Of a stretch of DNA of 64,000 nt, positions 17,633 to 28,111 are shown piece by piece. Location of the stretch: sequence record NC_041994.1. The stretch is one strand, 5' to 3'. Under the pieces are notes generated by a model, which saw only the letters and a program-made list of their open reading frames with translations, was not told the origin of the DNA and did not search any database. The translations under genes were made by a program, and so were the position numbers. Numbering within the stretch: position 1 is the stretch's first letter; every line of letters begins with the position of its first letter.

Positions 17633-18466
17633 ATGGAAGATATTCAGGCCCTAGCGTTGTTGCGGGGTATCGTTGCGGGTCTACAGGCTCAAGACGAAAC
17701 CCTGCTTTCGGTGTTTGCCACTCAGATAGACCACACCGATCAAGTCGTGAAGGTCTATCTGGAACCGGGTCAGTGGGCTTTCTACCGCCCTACTAAGGAC
17801 AGTAGAGAGCTGACGCTGATCTTCCACTCAGCTGAAGACCTACCGAATCTGTTCTATCGCATCACGGGCAAACACGCTGATGGGTACGAGCCTGTACATA
17901 TGACGGCCGACGAGCGTTACGTGGACAACAGCTTCAAGCCTAAGACCTACCACCGGCCTAACGCAGAGCCGGACTGGCTGGTGCAAGAGTACGTCACGGA
18001 ACGAGACCTTCGTGGTTTCTTACCGTGGGCGCAATGGACTGAGGAGGAACGCCATGACTTCCTCGATAAACGTTTCCCTGGAGGAGATCGCTACATGTCT
18101 GTCTCGATGACTGAAGTTGCAGCACTGCGCGCAGATGCTCAAGCACATCGCCAACTGTTGAAGGACCTCGAAGCACTCGGCTACGACAACTTCGAACAGG
18201 TCATTACCGTACTCAAGAACAACCGTGTGGGTGCGCTGGTTGAAAAGGAATACGACATCTGGATTGAAGGCTACGCCGCCACCGGTGAGCATTCGCCAGC
18301 GCGTTTCCTGGGTAAAGCCCGCGGGTACAACTTCCGCAGCGCCTGTATCGCCTACATCGACAGCTTGGATGAACACAAGCGTAAGGACTGGAACGAAGAC
18401 CGTACTGCGATCTGGGGCTGCCGCCTGTTCGACAATGAGGCCGCTGCTCGTAAGTCCTACGGCTGA
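17633..18466 (+). CDS. Hypothetical multi-domain protein; C-terminal conserved phage domain (IWxEGY...WGCRLFDNEAAARKSYG)
   Basis: 277-aa ORF in an operon; C-terminal motif recalled from phage hypotheticals. Confidence 0.8.
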   Translation: MEDIQALALLRGIVAGLQAQDETLLSVFATQIDHTDQVVKVYLEPGQWAFYRPTKDSRELTLIFHSAEDLPNLFYRITGKHADGYEPVHMTADERYVDNSFKPKTYHRPNAEPDWLVQEYVTERDLRGFLPWAQWTEEERHDFLDKRFPGGDRYMSVSMTEVAALRADAQAHRQLLKDLEALGYDNFEQVITVLKNNRVGALVEKEYDIWIEGYAATGEHSPARFLGKARGYNFRSACIAYIDSLDEHKRKDWNEDRTAIWGCRLFDNEAAARKSYG

Positions 18467-18584
18467 AAAGAACTACAGCCCTGTTCCTACTATGCGGGTA
18501 TAGCCTTAACCGACTTACCCGCTGCAAACGGATATTGACTATAGGACACCCGGGCAACCGGTTTATGTCCGTCAAGGAGAAATT

Positions 18585-18779
18585 ATGCGCCAACGTAATA
18601 TCGACGATGACCTTAACCACATTGAGGAACTTTGGGCTAAGTGCCGTAGTGTTGCCTCTGAAGCCTGCATACTTTGGGTAGCCCCTGAGGCAATCCCTCA
18701 GGACCAAAAACCAGGCGCATCGATTGAACTTCGACCTCACATCGTCGACTCCCCCGGCATACCGCACGGGAAACCCTGA
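18585..18779 (+). CDS. Small hypothetical protein
   Basis: AAGGAG SD before ATG; preceded by a GGACA-hairpin-TATGTCCGT element. Confidence 0.5.
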   Translation: MRQRNIDDDLNHIEELWAKCRSVASEACILWVAPEAIPQDQKPGASIELRPHIVDSPGIPHGKP

Positions 18780-19069
18780 CCTTACTGAGAGACCTATCAT
18801 GTCTAACGCACCCCAAGGACACTCGATGTTGAAGAAACATCGCGAAGCACGTTCCACCCGCCCATTGCAGTTCAGTGCTCGCTGGCAGAACGTGAAACTG
18901 GTTTTCCCCTCACAGGAGGCCAAAGTCCAGTAGTTCCTGTCTAGGGGAGGAAACAGCAGATGCCGCTCCTATCTGCTGTTTCTTTTTGACTCCACTTAAT
19001 TTGAGAACTATATTGTCTTCGTGAATTGAGAGCAATACCGCACTCGCCATCCTTTTAAGGAAGAAAACA

Positions 19070-19531
19070 ATGTACAACACAAAGGGCAATCAATGGGTCA
19101 TTCCGGAAATGGGCCTGCTGGACATTCCACCTCACCTGCTGCGCACCACTAAAGGTTGGGGTATTGTCACTGACGCTGATACATGGTGGCGTTGGGACGA
19201 TGTCGATCATGGCTACAACTACATGGAATCCTTGCGAGTAGCAGGTCCTTTCGCTGTCACCATTGGCAGCTTGGCATCTGAGGAAACGCGTGAGTGCATT
19301 AAACTGATGCATGAAAACCGCCTGACTCAAACAGGTGTGTTGGGGGTGTTCCACCGCTCGGGTTTGAAAGAAGCTTACCATGTCATCGTGGACGGTCAGA
19401 ACGTAAGGTTCCCGTACAACGATGGCAAAGGCTTTATGGCCGCCGTCAAGGCTGTCAGCAAGATCATGTCGGCCACCACCAAACACTTCATCGAACGTGT
19501 CGGTGTAGAAGCTAAGGTCAAACTACCCTAA
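19070..19531 (+). CDS. Hypothetical protein
   Basis: AAGGAA SD; followed by a hairpin-TATTCCGT element at 19534-19579. Confidence 0.75.
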   Translation: MYNTKGNQWVIPEMGLLDIPPHLLRTTKGWGIVTDADTWWRWDDVDHGYNYMESLRVAGPFAVTIGSLASEETRECIKLMHENRLTQTGVLGVFHRSGLKEAYHVIVDGQNVRFPYNDGKGFMAAVKAVSKIMSATTKHFIERVGVEAKVKLP

Positions 19532-19595
19532 ACGAATATACAACCCCTCCCAATCTAGGGAGGGGAATATTCCGTTTTTCTTTTAGGAGTAGGGT

Positions 19596-19772
19596 ATGGG
19601 TATCGTCGTCACACTGCGAGACATTATAGCATTGGGTCTTATCGGCCTATTACTGCTGTTCATCGTGTATCTTTACGCACAACACAAATATACCAACTGG
19701 CGTCTTAAGCGCCATGAACGTAAAGAAGCACGTCGTGTGCAACAGGCAATGGTTGATATCGCAAAAGAATAA
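19596..19772 (+). CDS. Small single-pass membrane protein (58 aa, below the ORF-track cutoff)
   Basis: AGGAG SD; MGIVVTLRDIIALGLIGLLLLFIVYLYA followed by a basic tail; hairpin-TATGCCGT at 19767-19812. Confidence 0.65.
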   Translation: MGIVVTLRDIIALGLIGLLLLFIVYLYAQHKYTNWRLKRHERKEARRVQQAMVDIAKE

Positions 19773-19859
19773 GTAGCAGCCCTTCGGGGCTGTTATGCCG
19801 TCTTTTATTTTTTACTGGAATCTCTTAGCTATGTATGAAAAACCTACTAAGGATTCCGC

Positions 19860-20291
19860 ATGAACTGCTTTATCGATTGTGAGTTCAATGGTGGCCATGG
19901 GGAATTGATCTCTATGGCGATCGTTAGCGAAGATGGTCAACGGGTCTTCTATGAAGTCGTTGAACACAAGCAGCCTACTGAGGAGTGGGTTGTAGAAAAC
20001 GTGATGCCTATTCTCAACAAGCCAGCTATCCCAATGGCTGCCTTTAAAGAGCGTCTGAAGAAGTTCCTCGACGCCTTCCCAAAACTCACATTGATCGCCG
20101 ACCATGCGGCTGATTTGTTCTACTTCACCCAAGTGATCATTGGGGCTGAAGGCTGGATGATGGTTGAGTACCAACTCGATCTTCGGGTAGATCCTGCGAT
20201 CTCTGCGAAAAAATCCACCCAGAAACACAATGCTCTAGAGGACGCTAAGGCGCTTCGCCTTTCCTGGCTTCAACACAACGGCTTCATCTGA
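19860..20291 (+). CDS. DEDDh 3'-5' exonuclease/exoribonuclease (Rv2179c-like)
   Basis: FIDCEF (Exo I), ADLFYF, HNALEDAKA (Exo III). Confidence 0.8.
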   Translation: MNCFIDCEFNGGHGELISMAIVSEDGQRVFYEVVEHKQPTEEWVVENVMPILNKPAIPMAAFKERLKKFLDAFPKLTLIADHAADLFYFTQVIIGAEGWMMVEYQLDLRVDPAISAKKSTQKHNALEDAKALRLSWLQHNGFI

Positions 20292-20316
20292 CCAACATAC
20301 ACAGGGAATAGTTTCC

Positions 20317-21048
20317 ATGTCCAAGCCCAACACCCAGTCCGCTCAGCGTAAACCAAAAAAACAAGCTGCACCAAAAGCAGCTGCTGAGATCATTGCTGAA
20401 AACCCAACCCGTCGCTCCCGTGCTGAACGCGCGATGGTTGTGTTGACCACCACCAGCTATCCACACTACCTGCTGGGTAACATCGTCCATGCCATGTTTG
20501 CCGGTGACGCTACCGAAAGCAAGAAGGCGCTGGACGTCGAGAACAAGTTCGGCTTGCTGGACTTCATCCGTGGCATCACCCTGAACGCTACGGGTGAGAA
20601 GCTGACCCTGGACATCGGCCATCTGCGCATCGATGCCGTCAGCACCCGTGTGGATAACCAACTGCTGCGTGAGCAGACCCAGATCCGCTTTGAAGGCAAT
20701 GCTCAGTCGCTGGTTAACCTGCGCGCTGATACCACGCTGGCCGGTAACCTGGTCGACATCTTCCACCGCAATCAAGTTCGTGGCATGACGCGGGTGCATG
20801 ACATCAACGCCAAGAACTGGAAGCTGGTCGAGAAGAAGATCACCCTCGGCAATAATAACGGTCTGGGTGGTCTGGGTCGTAGCGAGACTGTCTACGAGTT
20901 CACCAAAGAAGACGCCGTCAAGCTGCTGAACGATACCCTGGCATCCGACAACTTCGTCATGACCCTGGGTAGCGAAAGCATCGTCATCGCCGCTGACGAG
21001 CGCACGCTGGAAATCACCTACGTAATGCCAGCCAAAGGCAAAGCGTGA
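20317..21048 (+). CDS. Conserved hypothetical protein, strongly codon-biased (likely abundant)
   Basis: 243 aa with a basic N-terminal tail and strong C-ending codon bias. Confidence 0.8.
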   Translation: MSKPNTQSAQRKPKKQAAPKAAAEIIAENPTRRSRAERAMVVLTTTSYPHYLLGNIVHAMFAGDATESKKALDVENKFGLLDFIRGITLNATGEKLTLDIGHLRIDAVSTRVDNQLLREQTQIRFEGNAQSLVNLRADTTLAGNLVDIFHRNQVRGMTRVHDINAKNWKLVEKKITLGNNNGLGGLGRSETVYEFTKEDAVKLLNDTLASDNFVMTLGSESIVIAADERTLEITYVMPAKGKA

Positions 21049-21087
21049 CATAAAGCCCCTCCCCACCAGGGAGGGGTCTTATGCCGT
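21047..21087. terminator. Bidirectional hairpin between convergent genes
   Basis: GACATAA-AGCCCCTCCC-cacca-GGGAGGGGTC-TTATGCCGT. Confidence 0.7.
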
Positions 21088-21088
21088 G

Positions 21089-22870
21089 TTACAGCACCGA
21101 GATACTACCGTCCGTGTTCAGTCTCCAGCGTTTACCACCCGACTGCGTTTGGATCACACGAGGTGCTCCGAAGATCTGCTGGTTGGTTACACCTGGTACT
21201 TGTGCCCAGTTGCCACCCAAGTAACGATAGACACGGTTATTCGCCATGTCGAGGATCATGTCCTTGTTAGCAGCAGAACCCGAAGGAGGCACCGCCAAGG
21301 CAGCGTTGAGAGCCGCTGTGACGTCGTAGGCGTTGATTGTGACGTCCGTGAGTGGGACAACCCCAGCGAGGTAATCGCGCAGTACCTGGATGTTCTGAGC
21401 GCCACCCAGCTTATATGCTACTGGGTAGAATGGCTGGATCGCCGCAAATACTTTCTCGACTGCCCGTTGACGCAGTTCGGTCGGTACCAGTTTGTGCAAA
21501 GCCTGTGCAATCTTGGCTTTACCCGTCATCGGTTTGATCGGCGCAGACTTACGGTTGATGGTCATATTGCGACTATAGGTAAACGGTACGTCTACCGTGG
21601 CCTGGATCACATCACCGTTAACCACCGGCACACCCACACCCGCAAACCAAATCTGTTTGGTGCCATTGGTTTCGTCATAGTAGGTTTCCCCAACCTTGAC
21701 GCCACCTTTGTAGATAGACCCCTGCAACGTGCCCAGACCCGTACCCGACAAGTCGACCCGTGGTTTAGCTAGGTAATCCCAACCAATGTCGATCTGCGAG
21801 ATCTCGTTACCGTTGGCATCCTTAAACAGAATGATCTCACCGGTGTCGATGTTGTAGACGAAGCTGTAGGTGTAAATACTGCCGTCACTGGTCTTAACCA
21901 ACCAATGAATTTTGTTCGACGTTCCCACTGGGAATGTGATCGGACCGATAGTGCCCGGGGCTACCAGCGTTGTGGTAGTCACGATCACCTTGGACTCCGA
22001 ACCACCGGCGTTAATCGACTCCGAGTTGTCCATCCCCGCATACAGCGGATGGTCACCGTAGTTTGCACGCAAGAAGCCCACGTTAACCGGAGTACGGTCG
22101 TAGAGACCAGTGAAGTAAGCACCGAACTGCACGGCGATCTTGTTCACCGTCACGAAGAACTGACGGGAGACTTGTGGTGGTGGGTAAGCCGCACCGATGT
22201 TCGGGATGTCTGGACCATCGTCTGTGATCAGAATAATGCCACCACCGCTTGCACGGAAGGAGGTCATGTCTGTCACACAGTTGTTGGTGATTTTAGGGTC
22301 ACCACCACCGATAGCACCCATCACCAGAATACAGGCGTAGTTGGACATCTCAGACAACGTGGCGTTCAGGTAACCACCGTAGTCGCTGGTGTCCTTAAAG
22401 GTGGGTGTGAACCCAACCGACTGACACAGGTTGGTGAAGCTGGTAAAGAAACCGTTGGCCCCGACGTCCTTGACCGCGTAGTTGCTTGGAGCGGGTACGT
22501 CACCAAGGATGAGGATCTTCTTGTTCCCTGCCGCCACCTTCATGGGGTCTGCGGTCCAGTTGATCGCGTTGTACAGATACTTAAAGCTCGCCGAAAGAGA
22601 GGCGAACGGTGTACCAGGTGCAGGGGCTTGTGTGTTGTAGAATTTAGGGAAGCCCCCGTCATACACAACACGCCCTTTACCGTCTTGCGTCACCGCAATG
22701 AACGGGTTAGGTGGCACCAGTGTGTCGTAAGCGATGTATTCGGAAATCGAAGGGGGCAGACCGTTAAGGGAATACGCAACCCCCGTCACGCTGGGATCAA
22801 ACGACCAACTGACCGTGCGCTCCGAAACATAGTAGCCTCCCGGGAGGCTCGGTACTACTTTATCGGCCAT
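21089..22870 (-). CDS. Probable virion (tail-associated) protein, 593 aa
   Basis: Gly/Thr/Asn/aromatic-rich beta composition and a VTQDGKGRVVYDGGFPKFYN segment; on the minus strand, as late genes often are in phiKZ-like phages. Confidence 0.65.
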   Translation of the reverse strand: MADKVVPSLPGGYYVSERTVSWSFDPSVTGVAYSLNGLPPSISEYIAYDTLVPPNPFIAVTQDGKGRVVYDGGFPKFYNTQAPAPGTPFASLSASFKYLYNAINWTADPMKVAAGNKKILILGDVPAPSNYAVKDVGANGFFTSFTNLCQSVGFTPTFKDTSDYGGYLNATLSEMSNYACILVMGAIGGGDPKITNNCVTDMTSFRASGGGIILITDDGPDIPNIGAAYPPPQVSRQFFVTVNKIAVQFGAYFTGLYDRTPVNVGFLRANYGDHPLYAGMDNSESINAGGSESKVIVTTTTLVAPGTIGPITFPVGTSNKIHWLVKTSDGSIYTYSFVYNIDTGEIILFKDANGNEISQIDIGWDYLAKPRVDLSGTGLGTLQGSIYKGGVKVGETYYDETNGTKQIWFAGVGVPVVNGDVIQATVDVPFTYSRNMTINRKSAPIKPMTGKAKIAQALHKLVPTELRQRAVEKVFAAIQPFYPVAYKLGGAQNIQVLRDYLAGVVPLTDVTINAYDVTAALNAALAVPPSGSAANKDMILDMANNRVYRYLGGNWAQVPGVTNQQIFGAPRVIQTQSGGKRWRLNTDGSISVL

Positions 22871-22878
22871 GGTCTAAC

Positions 22879-23244
22879 TCACTTCTTCATGAACGGACGA
22901 TCCACACGGATCAGGACCGTAGCCGCGGTATCACGATACAGGCGTACCCGCACCGCACCTGCCGCTGTAATGCCGGCCACTACTGCGTCTTCAGCGTTGA
23001 TGTAATAGCCATTGGTATCCGAACCGGCCTGATCATCCAGAATCCAGGCTTGCACACGAGCCGACTTCAAGTCGTAGGTGGCGTGATCAGAGATCAAGGT
23101 TGTCAGGTTGTAGTCCTTGACACCGTTGGCAGCGATACTGACGGATTCAAAAACAACCGGCTTACCGCCGGCTTTGGCCACACGAGTGAGCGACGTCAAC
23201 AAGGTAGCGAACTTGGCAACGAATGCTGCGGATTTAACAGACAT
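22879..23244 (-). CDS. Small probable virion protein
   Basis: GAGG SD on the minus strand; co-oriented with the 593-aa gene. Confidence 0.65.
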   Translation of the reverse strand: MSVKSAAFVAKFATLLTSLTRVAKAGGKPVVFESVSIAANGVKDYNLTTLISDHATYDLKSARVQAWILDDQAGSDTNGYYINAEDAVVAGITAAGAVRVRLYRDTAATVLIRVDRPFMKK

Positions 23245-23258
23245 GAGAAACCTCAGTT

Positions 23259-23286
23259 AAAAATGAAAAGGGGCCCGCAGGCCCCA
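23259..23286 (-). terminator. Intrinsic terminator after the helicase (minus strand)
   Basis: GGGGCC/GGCCCC stem followed on the minus strand by TTTTCATTTTT. Confidence 0.6.
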
Positions 23287-23289
23287 TGA

Positions 23290-25488
23290 TCACCAGCCCA
23301 TGAAGGTGGTGGATTGAGTGGTTTCTTTAGGCAGGTCGGTGGTGACGTCAATGTCAGCACGCTCGAAGTACGAGTTGACCGCTTGGTTGAACGAGAGGAT
23401 GTCGTCGTAACCGCCTTGGTTGGCCATCTTGACTTCGAACTCTTCCAGCGACTCGGTGATCGCAAATGGAGACTTGATCCCCATGATCGCTTCCACCTGC
23501 TCCATCGACCACGCCAGGATCTCTGTAGACCGTGTGGAGATGTTCGGTTTGTCGCCTGTGTCCAAGAACGCCTGGTAGACCGTGGTCTGGGTGTCAGCAC
23601 CGATACGGTGAATCCGGGAGATCGCCTGTTCCTGAATGTAAGCACGGAACGGAGCGTTGACCATGATCATCGTGTCAGCCATCACCAGCGGTACAGCCGT
23701 CGACAGCGAGTTGTAAGTGGCGATCAGCGGGTTAAGCTTCTCTTCCTTCTCAAAGCGCCCTACGATGGACGCCAACTCGTTGTTGGTCTTGCCGTAGACC
23801 AGCAGAGGATTCAGGCCAGCCTTGTTGCAGACATCACCGGCTTGGGTCAGTGCTTCGACGAAGCTGGTAAACACCAGCGTCTTCTTCTCGGTGGTATCGC
23901 AGATACCCTTGAAGTCGAGGAACTTCACCATCTCTACGTGGCACTCGATCCGCTTACGGCCCAGCACACGACCCAGGCATTCACCTTGGATCTTAAGCTT
24001 GGTGTACTTGATGATCGACTTGACGTCACGGAACTGTTTGATCATCTCCTTAGGCAGGGACGGTTCGATGTACTTCTTCTCGTAGAAGTTGGTGTACGCA
24101 ATCTCTTCCCCGATGAAACGTGGGTCCGGCGTGGCGATAACTGTCTTCAACGTTTCGCGGTACTTCTTGTATTCCATCTTCTGCGCAGCAGCACGAATGG
24201 TGTCTTCGTGCAGCACCAGACATTTCTCCCAGAAACGCTCGTCGTCCTTACGTCGCTTCTTGTAGAACTCAACCCGTTCCTGAATGAAGGCTTCCATCAC
24301 CTTACGAATCGCTTCGAGGGTGTAGAGATCGCCCGTAGGCATCTTCACAGGCAGACGCTTCATGATCGGCTTGTCCAGCTTCAGAGCAGACTTCTCGATC
24401 TTGTGCGAGATCATCCCCATGCGGTTCTTGAGGATGTCCAGGCCTTTGTTGCCGTCCTTACCGAAGATCTTCTTGTAACGGTCCTGTACTTGTTCAGTGA
24501 ACAGGTCGTCCAATACGGTCAACAGTGGAATCAGCTCAGCACCCATCGCTTTAACCGGCGTACCGGACGCTGGGATGATGTTCTTGCAACCGGTGGTTTT
24601 GCACAGGTCGATGAACAGCTGAGTACGTTGGGACTTGATCTCGTTGAGGTTGTGGGATTCGTCGAGGATGATCAGCATGTTGTTGCCGAAGACCTGACGA
24701 CTCTTCACCATCTGCAAGAGCTTGTCGAGCGATTCGTAGTGACAGATCACGATACGCTCTTTGTTGTACGGTTTGCCCGAGTCACTGGTCCAGAAGGTTT
24801 GTTCCTTCTTGTACTCCTCGGTGACTGTCTTCGCCCAAACGCGCTGTACGGCGTTCTTAGGACAGATCACAATGACGCAGTCAGCTTCGATACCTTCGGC
24901 GACATACAGCGACGCCATGGTCTTACCAGAGCCTGCTGCACCGGCAAGCAGGTAACCATTCAGGCCGTATTGATCGACCTTATAGTTGTAGGCCTCAAGG
25001 AAGCCCAACTGGTGTTCAAGAGGTTGCTTGTGGAAGCGTTTGAAGTTGTCGTAGTTCAGACGACCCTTAGGCTTTTCCTCAGTCTCTAGCGTGTTCTTCA
25101 GCCAGGTACGTTCGTAGAGGGCATCACGGATGTTCTTGAGCACCCGCACCGACACACCCGACCGTGACTCAATGAGCTGGTCCAGCATGTAAACGATGTC
25201 GAGGGCAAAGAACTTGTAGAAGCTGAAGCCATGTCGACCGAACTGGTTGAACATGTGCATGGCGATCTTGGATGTCTTCCAGATCCGACCCATGTCCCGT
25301 TGCATTACGTCGGCGGGGATGCCTTCAACGATAATGTCGGTGTTGGTCTCTTTGATGTTGATCGCACCAAAGGCACGACGGAACCCCGCGAAGAGTTCAA
25401 CACTGGGAACCTCGATCTGGAAAGTCGGGTCGAAGTAACACTCCCGACTGACCTGCGGTTCCGAATACATCTGTAGTTGCTGCTGCAT
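23290..25488 (-). CDS. Superfamily 2 (SNF2/DEAH-like) helicase
   Basis: Motif I LAGAAGSGKT, motif II ILDESH, motif III SGTP, motif VI EQAISRIHRIG. Confidence 0.9.
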   Translation of the reverse strand: MQQQLQMYSEPQVSRECYFDPTFQIEVPSVELFAGFRRAFGAINIKETNTDIIVEGIPADVMQRDMGRIWKTSKIAMHMFNQFGRHGFSFYKFFALDIVYMLDQLIESRSGVSVRVLKNIRDALYERTWLKNTLETEEKPKGRLNYDNFKRFHKQPLEHQLGFLEAYNYKVDQYGLNGYLLAGAAGSGKTMASLYVAEGIEADCVIVICPKNAVQRVWAKTVTEEYKKEQTFWTSDSGKPYNKERIVICHYESLDKLLQMVKSRQVFGNNMLIILDESHNLNEIKSQRTQLFIDLCKTTGCKNIIPASGTPVKAMGAELIPLLTVLDDLFTEQVQDRYKKIFGKDGNKGLDILKNRMGMISHKIEKSALKLDKPIMKRLPVKMPTGDLYTLEAIRKVMEAFIQERVEFYKKRRKDDERFWEKCLVLHEDTIRAAAQKMEYKKYRETLKTVIATPDPRFIGEEIAYTNFYEKKYIEPSLPKEMIKQFRDVKSIIKYTKLKIQGECLGRVLGRKRIECHVEMVKFLDFKGICDTTEKKTLVFTSFVEALTQAGDVCNKAGLNPLLVYGKTNNELASIVGRFEKEEKLNPLIATYNSLSTAVPLVMADTMIMVNAPFRAYIQEQAISRIHRIGADTQTTVYQAFLDTGDKPNISTRSTEILAWSMEQVEAIMGIKSPFAITESLEEFEVKMANQGGYDDILSFNQAVNSYFERADIDVTTDLPKETTQSTTFMGW

Positions 25489-25725
25489 GGGGGCACCCGA
25501 GGCTTAAGGTGGTTAGACTATAAAATTAGCTTCTTTTCGCTCCCATGTATTGTATGTGCAAGGCTACGACAGTAGCCAGTCAGGAGGTGATCCAGTTCTC
25601 GCGGTTGTTTTAGACCCCGAGCTGCTAATGGCAACGCTGAGAAGCAATCGTCGGGCAGCTCACAGGTACCTTGCACAACGCCCCTCCTCGTGAGGGGCAC
25701 TTATGCCGCCTATGACTTTTAAAGC

Positions 25726-25734
25726 CTATATCAC
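25726..25734 (+). promoter_or_regulatory. CTATATCAC putative promoter
   Basis: Recurrent motif at the head of a plus-strand gene block. Confidence 0.55.
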
Positions 25735-25798
25735 AAGGGTGAACATCTACTTGGTACCCTTAGGTTATATGGGGGACTGTCTGCACATAGGAGGCGTT

Positions 25799-26233
25799 AT
25801 GCTCACCCAGCAAATTATGAATTGGATTCTCCGTGATCGGGGTTTATCCACCCGTCCTAAGCGCGGTGAGATCCGCAAGATTGCTAACGTCAATATCGCA
25901 GCACCCATCAACATGATCGCGGCGATGGCTGAAGGTAAGGAGATCATCCTCTGGCACACGTCTACCGGTAGTGAGTACATCGGTTATAAGCTGTTGGCTA
26001 ATAACGACGACGGTACTGATGTTGCTTTCGGCATCCCTGGGTTTAATCCAGACCCCCTCAAAAAACTGCACGGTGTCTCACAGTTTCACTTCATCGAATG
26101 CGACGGGGTTATCGCCCCAGCGTTAGACGTATGGCCGATGACGGCGGTGTACTGGTTGGCCTTCGGTGACGTAGGGCATTATCGGGTCGAGGTACAGTTA
26201 GTCAGAAAGGATAAGGACGAATGCAAGGGATAG
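25799..26233 (+). CDS. Hypothetical protein
   Basis: GGAGG SD before ATG 25799. Confidence 0.7.
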   Translation: MLTQQIMNWILRDRGLSTRPKRGEIRKIANVNIAAPINMIAAMAEGKEIILWHTSTGSEYIGYKLLANNDDGTDVAFGIPGFNPDPLKKLHGVSQFHFIECDGVIAPALDVWPMTAVYWLAFGDVGHYRVEVQLVRKDKDECKG

Positions 26234-26910
26234 AATTCTTCGATCTACCAGGACCATGGGCGGGCATCGGCAGCCGTGAGGCACCGATGCCTGTTCTGGT
26301 TCTTATGGCCCGCTACGCCCGTACGGTTTACGAGCTGGGGTTGGGTCCGCTGTACAGCGGTGATGCCATCGGTTCTGACTTCGCGGTTTGGGTTGGTGCG
26401 GTGTTGTCTGGTGGTCCTAACTTCTCTCGCAACAAACCCAAGATCTTCCTGTCCCGCAATGGTTACCAGAACCGCTGGCACGACAGTAACTTGGGATTCA
26501 TCAACGTCAAGGCCTATGGTCGTGAGCGGTGGGAGGAAGCCAACCAGATTGCACTGGAAGCCCGTAAAGGTTTCTGGGGTCTGGGTAAGGGTGGTATTGA
26601 GCTCGTCACCCGCAACGCCTTTCAGTTACTGGATGAAGACTTAAAACACCCAGTGGCTAAATGTTTGTATTGGGGTATCCCACAAGGCAAGACTGAGAAA
26701 GTCAAAGGGGGTACAAACGTTGGCCTCCAGATCGCCATTCGGTTTGGTATCCCTAGGATGAATTTGTACTATGAAGAAAACCAGAGGCTCCTCGAAGCAT
26801 GGCTGGCGGAAAAAGAAAGCAAAGTCCCCTACCCCAGCCCTTACGAAAACATCACCCTCGAAGGAATCATCGACTCCCGTCGTAACGATTACCCGTTCCC
26901 AGGCTTCTGA
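26221..26910 (+). CDS. SLOG-superfamily (DprA/Smf-like) nucleotide-binding protein
   Basis: WAGIGSREAP, YSGDAIGSD, RNAFQLL, GGTNVGLQIA match the phage DprA-like/SLOG motif order. Confidence 0.7.
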   Translation: MQGIEFFDLPGPWAGIGSREAPMPVLVLMARYARTVYELGLGPLYSGDAIGSDFAVWVGAVLSGGPNFSRNKPKIFLSRNGYQNRWHDSNLGFINVKAYGRERWEEANQIALEARKGFWGLGKGGIELVTRNAFQLLDEDLKHPVAKCLYWGIPQGKTEKVKGGTNVGLQIAIRFGIPRMNLYYEENQRLLEAWLAEKESKVPYPSPYENITLEGIIDSRRNDYPFPGF

Positions 26911-26926
26911 GGCGACGGCGCTGGAC

Positions 26927-27112
26927 ATGTTGTTTGTTCGGGACAATCTGGTTAATTCCATTGAACCGGATCAAACCTACTCGGCGGCGGAAGTGATCAA
27001 CTACGTGGACCAAGGCATCGAAGGCGTGCTCAAGGTGGTAGAGCAGCAATGCGAACCATGGTCACTCACCATCGACATCTGCCAAGCCTATTTCGACAAA
27101 ATCAATAACTGA
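26927..27112 (+). CDS. Small protein, minimal INN-module family member (61 aa)
   Basis: GAGG upstream of ATG 26927; ends QAYFDKINN. Confidence 0.65.
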   Translation: MLFVRDNLVNSIEPDQTYSAAEVINYVDQGIEGVLKVVEQQCEPWSLTIDICQAYFDKINN

Positions 27113-27120
27113 GTGCGGAT

Positions 27121-27591
27121 ATGCAAAAGATCCCTAATCTCTCGGCGAGTCTCTTCGCCAAGAGTTTCAGCAGCGGTATTGAAAAGAATGTACGTGAGTC
27201 GCTGAAGCGTTGCTACTCGATGTACGAAGCGTTGGACTTAGAAGCCCTCGTGCACAAGGCCACCACGCCACGCGAACATAAGCCATTGCCCAACGGCATG
27301 GCTCCAGTGTTGGTGGTGTTGGCTATCCGTGACGCCATGGTGCCGACGGTACGTAAGTTCCTCGATCGTGCGGTGCAGATGCATGGCTTGGGTAAGCAGG
27401 GTCCATTGGACATCACCACGGCAGCGCCGATGGTTACTGAGCTCTGCAAAGAAGCGGGTTACGAGGTACGCTTCGTCGAGATCCCGATCCACTTCCACAT
27501 GCACGAAGTGATCTGCGAAATCCAAAAGACCCGGGTGATTGCCGGGGTGATGGTCAGCGAGGTGGGTGATGCTACCGGTCCAGCGCTTTAA
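27121..27591 (+). CDS. Hypothetical protein
   Basis: 156-aa ORF in an operon. Confidence 0.75.
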   Translation: MQKIPNLSASLFAKSFSSGIEKNVRESLKRCYSMYEALDLEALVHKATTPREHKPLPNGMAPVLVVLAIRDAMVPTVRKFLDRAVQMHGLGKQGPLDITTAAPMVTELCKEAGYEVRFVEIPIHFHMHEVICEIQKTRVIAGVMVSEVGDATGPAL

Positions 27592-27595
27592 AGCC

Positions 27596-28111
27596 ATGCA
27601 GGGACAAAAGCGAGAACAACGCTTAGCGCAGTTGGCCGCCTATTGCCCTAATGCGACGATCATGAAGTTGGCTGATCTCGTAAGACGAGGCACCACCGGT
27701 ACTCGGGTGTGCCAATACCCTGACCGCACACGACCAGCTTTGTTCTATTTCACTGAAGACACCGAACCGGGTGAAGCACTCCTGCACCTGTTGCGTGAGT
27801 TCAACGTACAGAACGGACACGGGGCAATCAGTGAATCCAACTACATGGAGCACGTCACTCGGTTCTTCGAAACCTTTACGGCACTAGGCTGGGAAATCTA
27901 CTATGGTGGATGCTACGAAGCGCTGGGTATCCATGAACAGGTTTTAAAACACGAACTGGACCGTGGCCGCGTTGTTGGCATTGCATGGTCGGTATTAGAG
28001 GAAGACGGTGATGTCCACAGTAGCTATCGAACACCGCTTGAAAGAAACGATTGCAACCCCGACGGATCTGCTGAAGGCACTGTCGGTCGATCACCCCTAC
28101 TACCACAGTAG
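27596..28111 (+). CDS. Hypothetical protein
   Basis: Follows the upstream stop by 4 nt; the 3' end overlaps the next gene by about 100 nt. Confidence 0.6.
   Translation: MQGQKREQRLAQLAAYCPNATIMKLADLVRRGTTGTRVCQYPDRTRPALFYFTEDTEPGEALLHLLREFNVQNGHGAISESNYMEHVTRFFETFTALGWEIYYGGCYEALGIHEQVLKHELDRGRVVGIAWSVLEEDGDVHSSYRTPLERNDCNPDGSAEGTVGRSPLLPQ

Noticed and set aside
18724-18933. Small ORF 18724/18799..18933
   Set aside because: There is no convincing SD or motif and it overlaps a better-supported ORF, so it is left unannotated.
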